From contig CAJWSY010000001.1 of the NCBI GenBank assembly GCA_913045935.1, forward strand, positions 29,660 to 93,659: 64,000 nt of DNA. Reading direction: 5' to 3'. The stretch is from an uncultured Chloroflexota bacterium. GTDB taxonomy: Bacteria; Chloroflexota; Dehalococcoidia; Lucifugimonadales; GCA-002694895. Numbering within the stretch: position 1 is the first letter of the stretch; each line of letters opens with the position of its first letter. This document shows positions 40,411 to 51,374 of the stretch, one piece after another. The notes beneath the pieces are model-generated. The model had not been told where the DNA came from. It made no database searches and saw only the letters and a program-made list of their open reading frames with translations. A program made the position numbers and the translations under genes.

Positions 40411-41520
40411 ATGATTATTGGAATAATAAAAGAAATAAAAAACAACGAAAATAGAGTAGCTTTAATTCCCGAAAAGGCAAAGTTACTAACAGCTAAAAAT
40501 CATCAGGTGTTAGTAGAATTCGATGCAGGAATTGGATCTGGATATACAAATCAAGATTATGAATTAGCAGGCTGTAAAATAATACAAAGCTCAAATGAAA
40601 TTTTCTTAACTTCTGATATAGTACTAAAAGTAAAAGAACCCTTAGAATCAGAGTACAAATTACTTAATAACAAAGCGACTCTTTTTACATATCTTCACTT
40701 AGCTGCCAATAGTAAATTAACTAATTCTTTATTAAATGCAGGAACAACTGCTATCGCTTATGAAAATGTGTCTCCAGATAACAAGAATTTCCCTTTGTTA
40801 AAACCAATGTCAGAAATAGCCGGCAAACTTGCTCCTCAAATTGCATCAAATTTCTTGCAAAAACAAAATGGGGGACTTGGAGTACTTATTGGTGGAACTG
40901 AGACAGTTCCTGCTCTTAAAATTGGGATTATAGGAGCTGGCACTGTTGGGTATAATGCAGCTTCTATTGCTTTAGGAATGCAAGCCAATGTTTATGTATT
41001 TGATATAGATGAAGAAAAGTTATTAAATTTAAATAATAATTATCCTAATGCAAATACTGTGTTATCAAATAAGCAAAATTTAAATGATATATTACCTTTG
41101 ATGGACGTAATTATTAATGGTATATATATACCGGGAGCATCTGCTCCAAAAATTATTGATCAAGCTTTATTGCAACAATTAAAAAATAATTGTTTAATTG
41201 TCGATGTAGCTATAGATCAAGGAGGAAGCGTGGAAAACCTAACTCCGACCAGTCATGATGATCCAATCGTAAACATCAATCAAGTTTATGGATATGCAGT
41301 ACCCAACATGCCAGGAGTAGTTCCTAGAACTGCAAGTAAAGCCTTAAATGAAGCTACTTTTCCGTATATAGAATATTTAGCAAACAATGGGTTTGAGCAT
41401 TCAATAAAGAATAATAACGAAATAGCAAATGGAGTTAATACCTATAAAAACAAACTAACCTCCAAGCCTGTTGCAGACTCACTAAATCTAAATTTTTCTC
41501 CGCTTGACGAATTGATTTGA
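40411..41520 (+). CDS. ald: Alanine dehydrogenase
   Basis: KEIKNNENRVA, KVKEP, FTYLHLA, PMSEIAG, DVAIDQGG, VPNMPG; ATG 40411 preferred. Confidence 0.95.
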   Translation: MIIGIIKEIKNNENRVALIPEKAKLLTAKNHQVLVEFDAGIGSGYTNQDYELAGCKIIQSSNEIFLTSDIVLKVKEPLESEYKLLNNKATLFTYLHLAANSKLTNSLLNAGTTAIAYENVSPDNKNFPLLKPMSEIAGKLAPQIASNFLQKQNGGLGVLIGGTETVPALKIGIIGAGTVGYNAASIALGMQANVYVFDIDEEKLLNLNNNYPNANTVLSNKQNLNDILPLMDVIINGIYIPGASAPKIIDQALLQQLKNNCLIVDVAIDQGGSVENLTPTSHDDPIVNINQVYGYAVPNMPGVVPRTASKALNEATFPYIEYLANNGFEHSIKNNNEIANGVNTYKNKLTSKPVADSLNLNFSPLDELI

Positions 41521-41526
41521 TTGATT

Positions 41527-42441
41527 ATGAATAAAAATATTTTTGTAATATTTGGTGTTAGCGGATTAATTGGTACAGAATTAGCAAAAACTCTTCACAA
41601 AAATAACGAATACACTATTGGTATTACAAGAAATATTAATAAAACAAAAAAGAAACTACCTTTTTTAAACGAATTACTTGATACAGCATACATAAAATCA
41701 AATACTTTTAACACAAATACTAATAATTTCATTTTCATTAACTTATCTGCAGAGCCATTAATAGGATTATGGACAAAAACCAAAAGTAGACGCGTGTTGG
41801 AAAGTAGGTTAGATGGAATAAATAAATCCATATCATTAATAAAAAAATACAATCTTAATAATTCCACAATTCTGTGCGCAAGTGGCATAGGAATATACGG
41901 GAATAACTTCACTGAATCTCAATCTGAAGATTCCAAAACTTCGGATGATACATTTGTTTCACAAATGTCTAAAAAAATAGAACAAAAGCTAAATTCTTCT
42001 GAAATTAGTAAAAATATAAATATGCGTTTTGGAATAGTATTAAGTAAAAATGGTGGATCTTTAAAATACCTAAATTTAATTTATAATATGGGAATAGGAG
42101 GTCCAATAGGGAAAGGGAATCAATGGTGGTCATGGATACACATAGACGATGTAATCAATTCCATTTTACACATAGTGCAAAACAAATTAGAAGGTCCTAT
42201 TAATATAACTTCCCCTAATCCTGAAAAACAAAAAGATTTTTCAAAAATTCTAGCAAAGAATCTGCACAGACCGTCCTTAATGTACACGCCAGATTTTGTA
42301 TTAAAAATAATTTTAGGAAATTTTGCCACAGAATTATTGGATAGCAAAAAAATTGTTCCAAAAAAATTAATTGATTCAAATTTTAAATTTAAATTTGATT
42401 TTTTAAAAGATGCTTTAAATAATATTTACAATGAAAAATAG
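41527..42441 (+). CDS. TIGR01777 (YfcH-like) NAD-dependent epimerase family protein
   Basis: GVSGLIG, RFGIVLS, GGPIGKGNQWWSWIHIDD. Confidence 0.87.
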   Translation: MNKNIFVIFGVSGLIGTELAKTLHKNNEYTIGITRNINKTKKKLPFLNELLDTAYIKSNTFNTNTNNFIFINLSAEPLIGLWTKTKSRRVLESRLDGINKSISLIKKYNLNNSTILCASGIGIYGNNFTESQSEDSKTSDDTFVSQMSKKIEQKLNSSEISKNINMRFGIVLSKNGGSLKYLNLIYNMGIGGPIGKGNQWWSWIHIDDVINSILHIVQNKLEGPINITSPNPEKQKDFSKILAKNLHRPSLMYTPDFVLKIILGNFATELLDSKKIVPKKLIDSNFKFKFDFLKDALNNIYNEK

Positions 42442-42871
42442 AACATTCATATACAATACAACTATTAGAAGATCTATAGATGTAGTATTCGAATTTTATT
42501 CCAATCCACAAAATATCAATCAGTTAACCCCTTGGTTTGTATCAGCTCAAGTTTCTCCAAATACCAAAGTAAGTTCTGGTTCAAATTTTAAAATTAAAAT
42601 TAAAATATTGGGGATCACAGTAAGTAAATGGCAAATATTAATACAAAATTACAAAAACAATAATACTTTCACAGATATCCAAGTTGAGGGTCCTTTTGAA
42701 ATATGGCAACATAGTCATACTTTTAAAGAAGGTAAAAACAATACTCTAATGGAAGATAAAATCATCTACAGATCTAAGATATCTATTTTAAATAAATTAA
42801 ATATACTCAAATACATATTTGCTCTTGTTTTTTATTATCGTAAACGTAAAATATTGAGTATATTTAAATAA
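42431..42871 (+). CDS. SRPBCC (START-like) family protein
   Basis: VFEFYSNPQNINQLTP, FTDIQVEGPFEIWQHSHTF. Confidence 0.85.
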   Translation: MKNRTFIYNTTIRRSIDVVFEFYSNPQNINQLTPWFVSAQVSPNTKVSSGSNFKIKIKILGITVSKWQILIQNYKNNNTFTDIQVEGPFEIWQHSHTFKEGKNNTLMEDKIIYRSKISILNKLNILKYIFALVFYYRKRKILSIFK

Positions 42872-42885
42872 AAAACAATAGGATA

Positions 42886-44028
42886 ATGGATAACTTATTA
42901 AATAATGAGTACTACAATAAACTAGGGGTCAGACGAGTAATTAATTGCGCATCATACCTTACAATGCTAGGCGGGAGTATAATGCCACCTGAAGTTACAG
43001 AAGCCATGGATAAAGCATCCGAATGGTTTGTAGATATGAAAGAATTAAATATGGCCGCAGGTGATGTTATTGCAAAATTTACTGGAGCTGAAGCAGGATT
43101 AGTTACTGCCGGAGCAGCTTCAGCTTTAATGCTTCAAACCGCAGCTTGCATAACCGGGACAGATCCAAAAAAAATAAATCAACTTCCAGATACCAATGGT
43201 TTGAAAAATGAATTTATAATACATAGATCTCACAAAACCAATTATGACCATAACTATCGAAATGCGGGGGCAAAATTAATAGAAATAGGAAATACAGGAG
43301 GAACTCATACTTGGGAGTTAGAATCAAACATTAATGAAAAAACTGCTGGCATAATATACGTCTATGGTCCCAAGCAAAATGGAGCCATAGATATAGAAAC
43401 CACAATAAAGATAGCGCATAAAAATCAATTACCTGTAATTGTAGATGCTGCTGCACTTTTACCTCCTGTGGAAAATCTAATGAAATTCACTCAATTAGGC
43501 GCTGATATGGTAGCATTTAGTGGAGGAAAAGGCTTAAGAGGTCCTCAGTCTACGGGAATATTATGCGGAACAAAAGAATTAATCAATGCAGCCTATTTAA
43601 ACGCTGCTCCAAATAATGAAGGAATAGGAAGAGTTTCTAAAGTTTCTAAAGAAGAAATTATAGGACTGATAACTGCATTAGAGTTATTTATAGACCGTGA
43701 CCATTCAACTATCATGAAAAAATGGGAGCAAGACTGTGAATTAATTATTGATCAAATAAATTCAAAGGTCAAAGATGTAAATATAAAATATATTAAATCA
43801 CCTAAAGATCCCAATTTAATTATCGACGAAGACTCAACCCATCCCTCAATAATAATATCTTCAGATAAATTTTCTGATCAAGAATTAGAAGAAAAGTTAG
43901 CTGAAGGGAATCCCTCGATTAGGGTTAGAAATACTTTTGAGTATAATGGAATCAAAATTGTAACTTCAAATTTTCATTCAGATGAAGCTCAAATAGTAGC
44001 TGAAAAATTAATAAAAATATTATCCTGA
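42886..44028 (+). CDS. SelA-like/DgaE family PLP-dependent enzyme
   Basis: VINCASYLTMLGGS, VIVDAAA, FSGGKGLRGPQSTG; only 380 aa. Confidence 0.85.
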   Translation: MDNLLNNEYYNKLGVRRVINCASYLTMLGGSIMPPEVTEAMDKASEWFVDMKELNMAAGDVIAKFTGAEAGLVTAGAASALMLQTAACITGTDPKKINQLPDTNGLKNEFIIHRSHKTNYDHNYRNAGAKLIEIGNTGGTHTWELESNINEKTAGIIYVYGPKQNGAIDIETTIKIAHKNQLPVIVDAAALLPPVENLMKFTQLGADMVAFSGGKGLRGPQSTGILCGTKELINAAYLNAAPNNEGIGRVSKVSKEEIIGLITALELFIDRDHSTIMKKWEQDCELIIDQINSKVKDVNIKYIKSPKDPNLIIDEDSTHPSIIISSDKFSDQELEEKLAEGNPSIRVRNTFEYNGIKIVTSNFHSDEAQIVAEKLIKILS

Positions 44029-44937
44029 TAAGTGGCTTAAATATTGTGAAACATAATCAAAACCAATAGAATCTATAAATGCTTCTTGTAATCTCTTAGT
44101 TATTTTCCCTGGAATATCTCCATTTCCGATTTGCCTACCATTAACAGAACCTACTGGTACAATGCAAAAACTTGTAGATGTAACAAACATTTCATCTGCG
44201 GTAAATGCATCGTAAGAATCTAAATCTTTCTCAACTACTGGCATTCCTAACCCTTTAGCAAGATTCATTGAATCAGATCTGCCTATACCTGCTAAGACAT
44301 ATTTTTCTTTTGGTGTAAAAATCTGATTATTTTTTACAATAAATATATTTGCACCAGAACCTTCAGTAAGATTACCATTTTCATCTAAGAGTATAGCTTT
44401 GGCATCTTCTCTGTAATTATGTGCTTCAATGTCTGCCAAATTAAAATTAATATATTGATTAACTTTAGCTCTTGGACTTAAAGCTTCGTGAGAAGTTCTT
44501 CTTATAGAAGAAATAATCAAAGGGATTCCTGATTTATAATACTCGCATCTTTCAGCTAATGGTAAAGGAACACAATGGATAATCACATTAGGAATAACGG
44601 GGCCATCCGAAGTTCTTTTTGATCCTCTAGTTATTCTCAAAAACACCCAATAATCATCTTTTTCAGTGAGTAAATGGTTGTTTAATTCTAATAATTTATT
44701 AGTAAATTCTATTAATTCTTTCTTGTTATATGGAGATTCAATTTGCATATATTTCAACGACATAAATAATCTGTCTATGTGTTCTTCTAATTTATAAATC
44801 TCTCCTCTGAAAGTACGACATGTGTCAAAGACAGCATCACCCCTGGTAAAGCCACCGTCGTGAATTGGTATCACAGCATCTTTGTCAGTTACATACTCAC
44901 CATTAATAAACGTATACAAATCTTGTACTTTTACCAT
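44020..44937 (-). CDS. Class IV PLP aminotransferase (BCAT/D-amino-acid aminotransferase fold)
   Basis: HIDRL, PLP-Lys in RAKVNQY, EGSGANIF, ADEMFVTST. Confidence 0.88.
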   Translation of the reverse strand: MVKVQDLYTFINGEYVTDKDAVIPIHDGGFTRGDAVFDTCRTFRGEIYKLEEHIDRLFMSLKYMQIESPYNKKELIEFTNKLLELNNHLLTEKDDYWVFLRITRGSKRTSDGPVIPNVIIHCVPLPLAERCEYYKSGIPLIISSIRRTSHEALSPRAKVNQYINFNLADIEAHNYREDAKAILLDENGNLTEGSGANIFIVKNNQIFTPKEKYVLAGIGRSDSMNLAKGLGMPVVEKDLDSYDAFTADEMFVTSTSFCIVPVGSVNGRQIGNGDIPGKITKRLQEAFIDSIGFDYVSQYLSHLSG

Positions 44938-44960
44938 AAATATACCCTATAAAATTTATT

Positions 44961-45797
44961 TTAGTGATTATACTGCCTTTTATAGTGAAAAAGAAAGTGC
45001 TGTATAATTCCTGAATAAGGACCAAAGTGATTTTGTGCCCATTCTCTTTTTTTTAACATTGATAATTTCTTGTTAACACCATAATCATCAACAAGTACTC
45101 TTTCGACCCATAAATCAACCGGGAAAGCATAAGATTTTTTTAATGAATATACCAAAACACAATTTGCCACTTTGTCACCAACTCCTGGGAATTTCAATAA
45201 AGCTTTAAGTGAGTTTTCATAGTTATAGTTAAATAAATCATAAATCAAATCTAAATTATTATTTAATAATTTAGATGTTCCTAAAACATATTTAGCTCTA
45301 TATCCCAAAGAAAAATTTCGTAGAGATTTTTCATCTAGATCAGAAAGGATACCCGGAGTTGGAAAAGTATGTCCTACTTCTGTGTCTATTTTTTTTTCTA
45401 CACCTAGTTTCAAGCTTAAATCATTAATAGATTTAGATATTTTGGGAACATTCGACCATGCTGAAATAATGAACGAAATCAAACACTCCCACGGATCTTG
45501 ATTTAAAACTTTCATGCCTTTAAATCTTTTATATGCTAAATATGCATTATGGTCATCAAGATTTTCAAAAATCTGATAATAATTATTGTTCAAATCAAAA
45601 TATTCAATAATTTCTGATTCAAACTTTGTATTTTCAGAATTCGTATATTCAATACAATTGTTATATTTTCTTAACTTTATAAATGTATTCTTAATATAAC
45701 CATAATACCATTCGTTTTTTTTATACCATCTAAATGCCTGCCCACTAAATAAAGTGCTGTCTAAATCTAAATCATGTATTAATTTAATTTGATACAT
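44961..45797 (-). CDS. ogg: 8-oxoguanine DNA glycosylase (Ogg1-type)
   Basis: SGQAFRW, QDPWECLISFI, HhH PGVGDKVANC, AFPVDLWV. Confidence 0.9.
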   Translation of the reverse strand: MYQIKLIHDLDLDSTLFSGQAFRWYKKNEWYYGYIKNTFIKLRKYNNCIEYTNSENTKFESEIIEYFDLNNNYYQIFENLDDHNAYLAYKRFKGMKVLNQDPWECLISFIISAWSNVPKISKSINDLSLKLGVEKKIDTEVGHTFPTPGILSDLDEKSLRNFSLGYRAKYVLGTSKLLNNNLDLIYDLFNYNYENSLKALLKFPGVGDKVANCVLVYSLKKSYAFPVDLWVERVLVDDYGVNKKLSMLKKREWAQNHFGPYSGIIQHFLFHYKRQYNH

Positions 45798-45813
45798 ATT
45801 GTTTAAAAAAAAA

Positions 45814-48573
45814 TTATAAATAATCTTCTTCCCCAAAATCCAATTTTCCACCTGGTAGTGATTCAAGAAAAATTTTACCATATTGTTTTGTTATGACTCT
45901 TGGATCTAATAATAGTACTTTCCCTTTATCATTTTCATTTCTTATCAATCGTCCAAATCCCTGCTTGAATTTAATGATTGCACGAGGAATTGCATACTCA
46001 AAAAAAGGAGTTTTGTATTGTTCTGATCTTGCCTGGAATAATGGATGAGTAGGGACATCAAAAGGTAATTTCAAAATTATTAATAATTTTAAAGAACCGT
46101 CATCAATATCTACACCTTCCCAAAAACTAGACGTACCTAAAATTAAAGATTGGGGATTTTTTTTAAATCTTTTAAGAATTTGATGTGGAGACCCATCTAA
46201 ACCTTGAGCTAGAACATTAATATTATATTCATCTAATTTATCTTTCAAAATTTTACTTGTTTCACGTAATGCTTGATGAGATGTGAATAGAGCCATAGAA
46301 AACCCTTTCATATCAGTTACATTTTCAAAAATAATTTTACTTGTTTCTGTTAAATAATTTGACGAATTTGGTTCTGGTAAAAATTTAGGAATTACAATAT
46401 TTACTGATTCGTCATAATCAAATGGAGACCCAAAAGACATTGTCAAATCCACTTTTAATCCCACTGTGTTTCTTAAATGCGTAAAATTATCGTTTGAGTT
46501 TAAAGTTGCACTAGTAAGTATTGTACTTTCTAAATTTGAAAATAAATTTTCATTTAATAAATCTGACACATTAATCGGCGCTGAAAAAAATTCGTTATTG
46601 TTAAATCTTTCATTTTTTTCAATCCAAAAAACATTTGTTTCGTTTTTATCTAAAAACATTTCGTCTAAGTTTGATTTAGCAGTGTTATAATTCTCTGTCC
46701 ATTCAGTGATTAAATCATTCAAATTTTCTACTAAAGATTTATTTTTATTTACATTATCTTTTACAAATTTAAATATCAATGTTAACTCTTCCAACAATCT
46801 ATCTAATTTGAGTTTGCAATCATTCCATTCAGTAATAATTTTAGTATCAAACTTATTATTCTTCGTTACTCTCAAAGTCTTTATACCGGCACTTTTAGTT
46901 GCATTGGAATTAATAACAATGTTAACTTCATTAATAAATTCTTTAAGGGTTAACACTGATTCCTCTGATTTTTTGTTTAATTTATTTTTTCGTTGATTAT
47001 AGTCAGAGTCTTCGTCAAAGATATCTGTTTGAGTTTTAAATTCAATAGATATAATTCTTTCAATAATTTCAAGTATATTTATTTTACCCAAATCTAATTT
47101 GGACAAATCCCTTAGAACTCTTTCGTCAATTCTCCATCCCAAATGCTGTGAAGCGACATCTTCTAAATTATGTGCTTCATCAATAATCAAAACTTCATGA
47201 TTTGGGATAAGTTGATTCAGTGATTTAACATCACTCATCAGTAGCGCATGATTAACAACAATCACGTCACATTCTTCTGCTCTTATTTTTGAATCATTAA
47301 AAAAACATCCTGAGTTTTTCCCAAAACATTTTCTATTCTTATGCGTTAGTTTAGACCAAAAATTTGAATCAACATATTTACTTAATCCTAATTCAGATTT
47401 GTCACCACTGGTGGTATTATTAATCCAAACTAGAATTTTAGCAAGAAATCTAGCATATTCAATGTCTTCTGTTTTTTCAAGCAACTGATTTCCCAATGAA
47501 CTTAAACACAAATAATTATCTCTTCCTTTTAAAGTGCAATAGTTGAAAGAATTATCAGTAGATTGAATTTTATTTAATATTTCATTCACCAAAGGTAAAT
47601 CTTTTGAATAAAGTTGTTCCTGTAAATTTATTGTATTTGTAGATACAACAATTTTTTTTCCTGTATTCAGCGCATATATTGCAGATGGCAATAAATAAGC
47701 AAGTGACTTCCCAACACCCGTACCTGCCTCAACGGCTATATTTTTATTTTCATAAATTGATTTCAAAACAATGTCTGACATTTCATGCTGTTGAGATCTG
47801 TATGAAAAATTACTAAGTAAAGAATTCAAAATTTCACTTTCGTCACTAAAAACTTGGTCTACAACTTCATCTTGTAATGTAACATTTGATTTTGTGTAAT
47901 TAATATTTTCATTTTTAGTAATTAATTCGATTAAGGAAAAATGTTCAGTTGTTTCTTCGTACTCAAAAACCAAATCATTAAATAAAAAATACAATTCTTC
48001 ATCTTCCTTCAAAATTAAGCTTTTTATTAAAGATTTGACTCTTATATCTAATTTTTCAAATTTATTTATTAGATATATAAACACTTGCATAGTATATTCG
48101 GCATCAGATTTGGCTCTATGTGCGTTTAATTGATTTACACCTATGTAATTACATATGGATCCTAAAGATAAATCCTGTAATTCAGGTAACATAATCTGAG
48201 CAAATCTCCATGTATCTATAAAAATATTATTTAAATCCATTCCACTTTGATAAAGAAATCCTTTGTCAAACCCAACATTATGGCCAATAATTACAGAATC
48301 ATTTAAAAAACTTTCTAATTTTGGAGAAATATCATCAAACATTGGAGCATCATGCAGATCATTATCTGTAATTCCTGTCAAATTTTGAACAAATGAATTT
48401 ATAGCAACACCGGGATTTACAAAAGTTTCAAACTCTGATTCTTTAATTCCAAAATGATCATACTTAACTGATCCTATTTCAATAATTTTATCTTTTTCTT
48501 GTGATAATCCTGTGGTTTCAAGATCAATTGAAATAATAGATTTATTAAATGTAATGTTATTTTCTAAAATCAT
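45814..48573 (-). CDS. dinG: DinG family helicase with N-terminal DEDDh exonuclease
   Basis: DLETTG, HRAKSDA, EAGTGVGKS, IDEAHN, FWEGVD, QGFGRLIR. Confidence 0.92.
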   Translation of the reverse strand: MILENNITFNKSIISIDLETTGLSQEKDKIIEIGSVKYDHFGIKESEFETFVNPGVAINSFVQNLTGITDNDLHDAPMFDDISPKLESFLNDSVIIGHNVGFDKGFLYQSGMDLNNIFIDTWRFAQIMLPELQDLSLGSICNYIGVNQLNAHRAKSDAEYTMQVFIYLINKFEKLDIRVKSLIKSLILKEDEELYFLFNDLVFEYEETTEHFSLIELITKNENINYTKSNVTLQDEVVDQVFSDESEILNSLLSNFSYRSQQHEMSDIVLKSIYENKNIAVEAGTGVGKSLAYLLPSAIYALNTGKKIVVSTNTINLQEQLYSKDLPLVNEILNKIQSTDNSFNYCTLKGRDNYLCLSSLGNQLLEKTEDIEYARFLAKILVWINNTTSGDKSELGLSKYVDSNFWSKLTHKNRKCFGKNSGCFFNDSKIRAEECDVIVVNHALLMSDVKSLNQLIPNHEVLIIDEAHNLEDVASQHLGWRIDERVLRDLSKLDLGKINILEIIERIISIEFKTQTDIFDEDSDYNQRKNKLNKKSEESVLTLKEFINEVNIVINSNATKSAGIKTLRVTKNNKFDTKIITEWNDCKLKLDRLLEELTLIFKFVKDNVNKNKSLVENLNDLITEWTENYNTAKSNLDEMFLDKNETNVFWIEKNERFNNNEFFSAPINVSDLLNENLFSNLESTILTSATLNSNDNFTHLRNTVGLKVDLTMSFGSPFDYDESVNIVIPKFLPEPNSSNYLTETSKIIFENVTDMKGFSMALFTSHQALRETSKILKDKLDEYNINVLAQGLDGSPHQILKRFKKNPQSLILGTSSFWEGVDIDDGSLKLLIILKLPFDVPTHPLFQARSEQYKTPFFEYAIPRAIIKFKQGFGRLIRNENDKGKVLLLDPRVITKQYGKIFLESLPGGKLDFGEEDYL

Positions 48574-49280
48574 ATGCTATCAATTGTAAAATAATTTTCA
48601 TTAACTGGGATCCATCGGTTTTCAGATTTGTAAACAGGAGTAACTTTATTGCTTTGCAACTGCAATACTATGTCATCTAACTGATCAGTTTCGTAATCAA
48701 ATTTTGTAGCAAATGTACCTACTCCTGATTCAGAATGAGCATCACTCCCTGCTGTCATAACTTTATTATTCATAGTAGCAGCAAGAAAAGCAAATCTGTT
48801 TTCTTCTATATTATTTCCTCCATTTAAAACTTCTACGCCATCAACTTGATCAAATAAATAGTTAGATGAAAATTCATTAATGTCTGGAATATATTCTTGT
48901 CCTTTATATAACAAGTTATGTTGGAATTTTTCTTTACCAAATAATCTTCTTGCAGGATGCGCTGAAATTAAAAAAGCATTATTTTCTTTTGCAAATTGTT
49001 TTAATAAATCAATATCATGTGAACCAGGTAAATATTTATTAAATCCTATAGCTACAACATGTCCGTAATTTGTACTAATTTCTATGCATCTAAAAATTTT
49101 TAATTTATAGTAAGAAAAGACATCTTCGATCAATTTTTTATCTTTTTCCCAAATACTACTATGCTCAGTTAAACAAGCGCCATCTAAACCTCTGTCAATA
49201 AGCTTTTCTGCTGCATCTTCTATTTTCAGACTGCTATCACTGCTACCTAATATTGTATGTAGATGTAAATCTAAAATCAT
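48570..49280 (-). CDS. PHP domain metal-dependent phosphoesterase
   Basis: DLHLHT, LTEH, SAHP, AGSDAH. Confidence 0.87.
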   Translation of the reverse strand: MILDLHLHTILGSSDSSLKIEDAAEKLIDRGLDGACLTEHSSIWEKDKKLIEDVFSYYKLKIFRCIEISTNYGHVVAIGFNKYLPGSHDIDLLKQFAKENNAFLISAHPARRLFGKEKFQHNLLYKGQEYIPDINEFSSNYLFDQVDGVEVLNGGNNIEENRFAFLAATMNNKVMTAGSDAHSESGVGTFATKFDYETDQLDDIVLQLQSNKVTPVYKSENRWIPVNENYFTIDSI

Positions 49281-49286
49281 AGAATC

Positions 49287-49658
49287 CTAAGCATTAATCA
49301 TAAATGGTAATAACCATAAATTTAAAATCAAAAACCCTATATATCCTACTAAAACTATCTTTAGAATTTTAAAAATTAAAAAGCTCCCAAACATGAAAAT
49401 CAATCCTAATACAATTATCAATAAACTGTAAATTAAGGTGTTATCAATTAGAACAAAAATAGATCCAATTACAAAAGATAGCCCCGCGCAGACTGGGTAA
49501 GTTAGCATTACACTAATAAAAATAAATTTCGGATTAACTTTACTAGGAGAAGGTCCTGCTTTTTTTAAATTTATAAATGATGCAGCAAGGAATAAGTTTG
49601 CATATAAAAAAGCTAAAATTATTCCACTAAACAAACTCGGTACTAATATATCTTGCAA
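49287..49658 (-). CDS. Hypothetical membrane protein (about 4 TM)
   Basis: Hydrophobic ORF abutting ispE and the PHP gene. Confidence 0.65.
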   Translation of the reverse strand: MQDILVPSLFSGIILAFLYANLFLAASFINLKKAGPSPSKVNPKFIFISVMLTYPVCAGLSFVIGSIFVLIDNTLIYSLLIIVLGLIFMFGSFLIFKILKIVLVGYIGFLILNLWLLPFMINA

Positions 49659-50510
49659 TTATTTCCTCCAAGGAAAAGCTAAAAATTTTTTATAATGTTT
49701 AACATCTATATTTTCATACACATGCTTTGCTTTTTGAACATCATCATAAAGACAAAAAAGAGAACTTCCACTCCCTGATAAGTAAATCTCATTATCAATT
49801 TGTTTATTTAAAAAAGCTTTGAAATCTGATGCCTCAGGGTATAAATCATTTATATAATTGTCGAAAACATTAAAACATTTAATTGAGCCAAGTCCAAAAG
49901 AACGTCCCACAATACAATTGATTAATTGATTAGTATTTTCCCCTGAAGAAAATTCCGAAACTTTAATCATATTATATGCTCTAAAAGTTTTTTTTGGAAT
50001 TCTTAATCCATCATGAAATATTAAGATCGCTCCATGTGGTAACGCATCAATATTCTCTGTTTCATTACCTTTTCCTTTCAACAAGTTAATCCCCGGTTTG
50101 AAAAACATATTTACATCCATTCCTAAGTTGTTACCAATGGATTTAAAATCAGAAAAATCTAAATTAAGATCCCATAATTCATTCATTCCAAATAAAAAAT
50201 TAGCTGCGTTACCACTTCCACCACCTAATCCTGCATCTAAAGGAATGTTCTTTTTTAAATGTACTTTGGTAGGCAAATCGCCAAATTTAGCTAGCAAAAT
50301 TTGGTATCCCTTGTATATTAAATTTTCATTTTGAGCTATATCAGAATCGGTTTTTATTTCAAAATCTTCTGATTTTTCCAATCTGATTTCATCACACAAA
50401 TCCATATTTAAGACTAAAGATCTGATTTCATGGAAATTATCATGAAATTTTTTCAGTATCTCTAAAGTTAAATTTAGTTTGGAAGGTGATTTTAAACTAA
50501 TATTTTTCAT
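49659..50510 (-). CDS. ispE: 4-diphosphocytidyl-2-C-methyl-D-erythritol kinase
   Basis: SKLNLTL, FHEI, KNIPLDAGLGGGSGNAA, LSGSGS; adjacent to rsmA. Confidence 0.92.
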   Translation of the reverse strand: MKNISLKSPSKLNLTLEILKKFHDNFHEIRSLVLNMDLCDEIRLEKSEDFEIKTDSDIAQNENLIYKGYQILLAKFGDLPTKVHLKKNIPLDAGLGGGSGNAANFLFGMNELWDLNLDFSDFKSIGNNLGMDVNMFFKPGINLLKGKGNETENIDALPHGAILIFHDGLRIPKKTFRAYNMIKVSEFSSGENTNQLINCIVGRSFGLGSIKCFNVFDNYINDLYPEASDFKAFLNKQIDNEIYLSGSGSSLFCLYDDVQKAKHVYENIDVKHYKKFLAFPWRK

Positions 50511-51305
50511 TTATTTTTTATATATAAAATATAATTTAACCCAATCATCTACACTCAAATTTTGAGGTCTTAGATTTAAATTGATCTTTGATTGATTTAA
50601 TATTTCAACAGCTTCATTTTTGGATATTTTGTGACCTGAAGCAATATTATTTAATATAGTTTTTCTTCTACTAATAAAACTTTTTCCTACAAAATCTGAA
50701 AACTTATTTATATCTGAAATGTTAATTTTAGGTTTTTCATAAGGAATCAGTTTTAATACTGCTGAAGTTACTTTTGGTTTTGGTTTAAACGCAGTTGATT
50801 TAACTTGAAATAAAATTTCAGATTTACAAAATATTCCTATCATAATAGTAAGATATCCCCGAAATTTTTCGTCTCCAATAATACGTTTTGCCACTTCTAA
50901 TTGAAGCATTACTATCATAAATTCAGGTTTGGGTAGTGATTGTAAAAAATTTAAAATAATTTTATTTGCCACATTATAAGGCAAGTTTCCAACAAACTTG
51001 TATTTTTCTTTATTGTCTAAATAATCTTCAATCTTAAATAATTTAGCATCAGCTTTAATTATATTTACGTTTTCAGATTCGTATTTTGACGACAAATTTA
51101 AATATAAATTGTCATCTAATTCAATAGCTAACAAAGAACTTACTTTTTCATAAATCATTTCCGTTAAGGCACCTTTCCCTGGACCAACTTCAATAACCTT
51201 ATCGTCTTTGTTTAAATACAAATTATTTATAATTTTGGTTTTAATTTGTTTATCAACCAAAAAATTTTGACCTAATGATTTTTTTGCATATATACGTCTA
51301 CTCAT
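50511..51305 (-). CDS. rsmA: 16S rRNA dimethyladenosine transferase RsmA/KsgA
   Basis: KKSLGQNFL, EVGPGKGALT, GNLPYN, FKPKPKVTS. Confidence 0.96.
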   Translation of the reverse strand: MSRRIYAKKSLGQNFLVDKQIKTKIINNLYLNKDDKVIEVGPGKGALTEMIYEKVSSLLAIELDDNLYLNLSSKYESENVNIIKADAKLFKIEDYLDNKEKYKFVGNLPYNVANKIILNFLQSLPKPEFMIVMLQLEVAKRIIGDEKFRGYLTIMIGIFCKSEILFQVKSTAFKPKPKVTSAVLKLIPYEKPKINISDINKFSDFVGKSFISRRKTILNNIASGHKISKNEAVEILNQSKINLNLRPQNLSVDDWVKLYFIYKK

Positions 51306-51318
51306 ATTTAATAGATAA

Positions 51319-51355
51319 TATCACAATAAGTAAATAAATTGATTTATCACAATAA
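51319..51355. repeat. Direct repeat TATCACAATAA x2 in the rsmA/tRNA divergent promoter region
   Basis: Copies at 51319-51329 and 51345-51355. Confidence 0.4.
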
Positions 51356-51374
51356 AAAATCTTTTAATATGTAT

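Noticed and set aside
42886-44028. True selenocysteine synthase selA
   Set aside because: Only 380 aa, no selB/selD/tRNA-Sec nearby, and the motifs fit the SelA-like/DgaE group.
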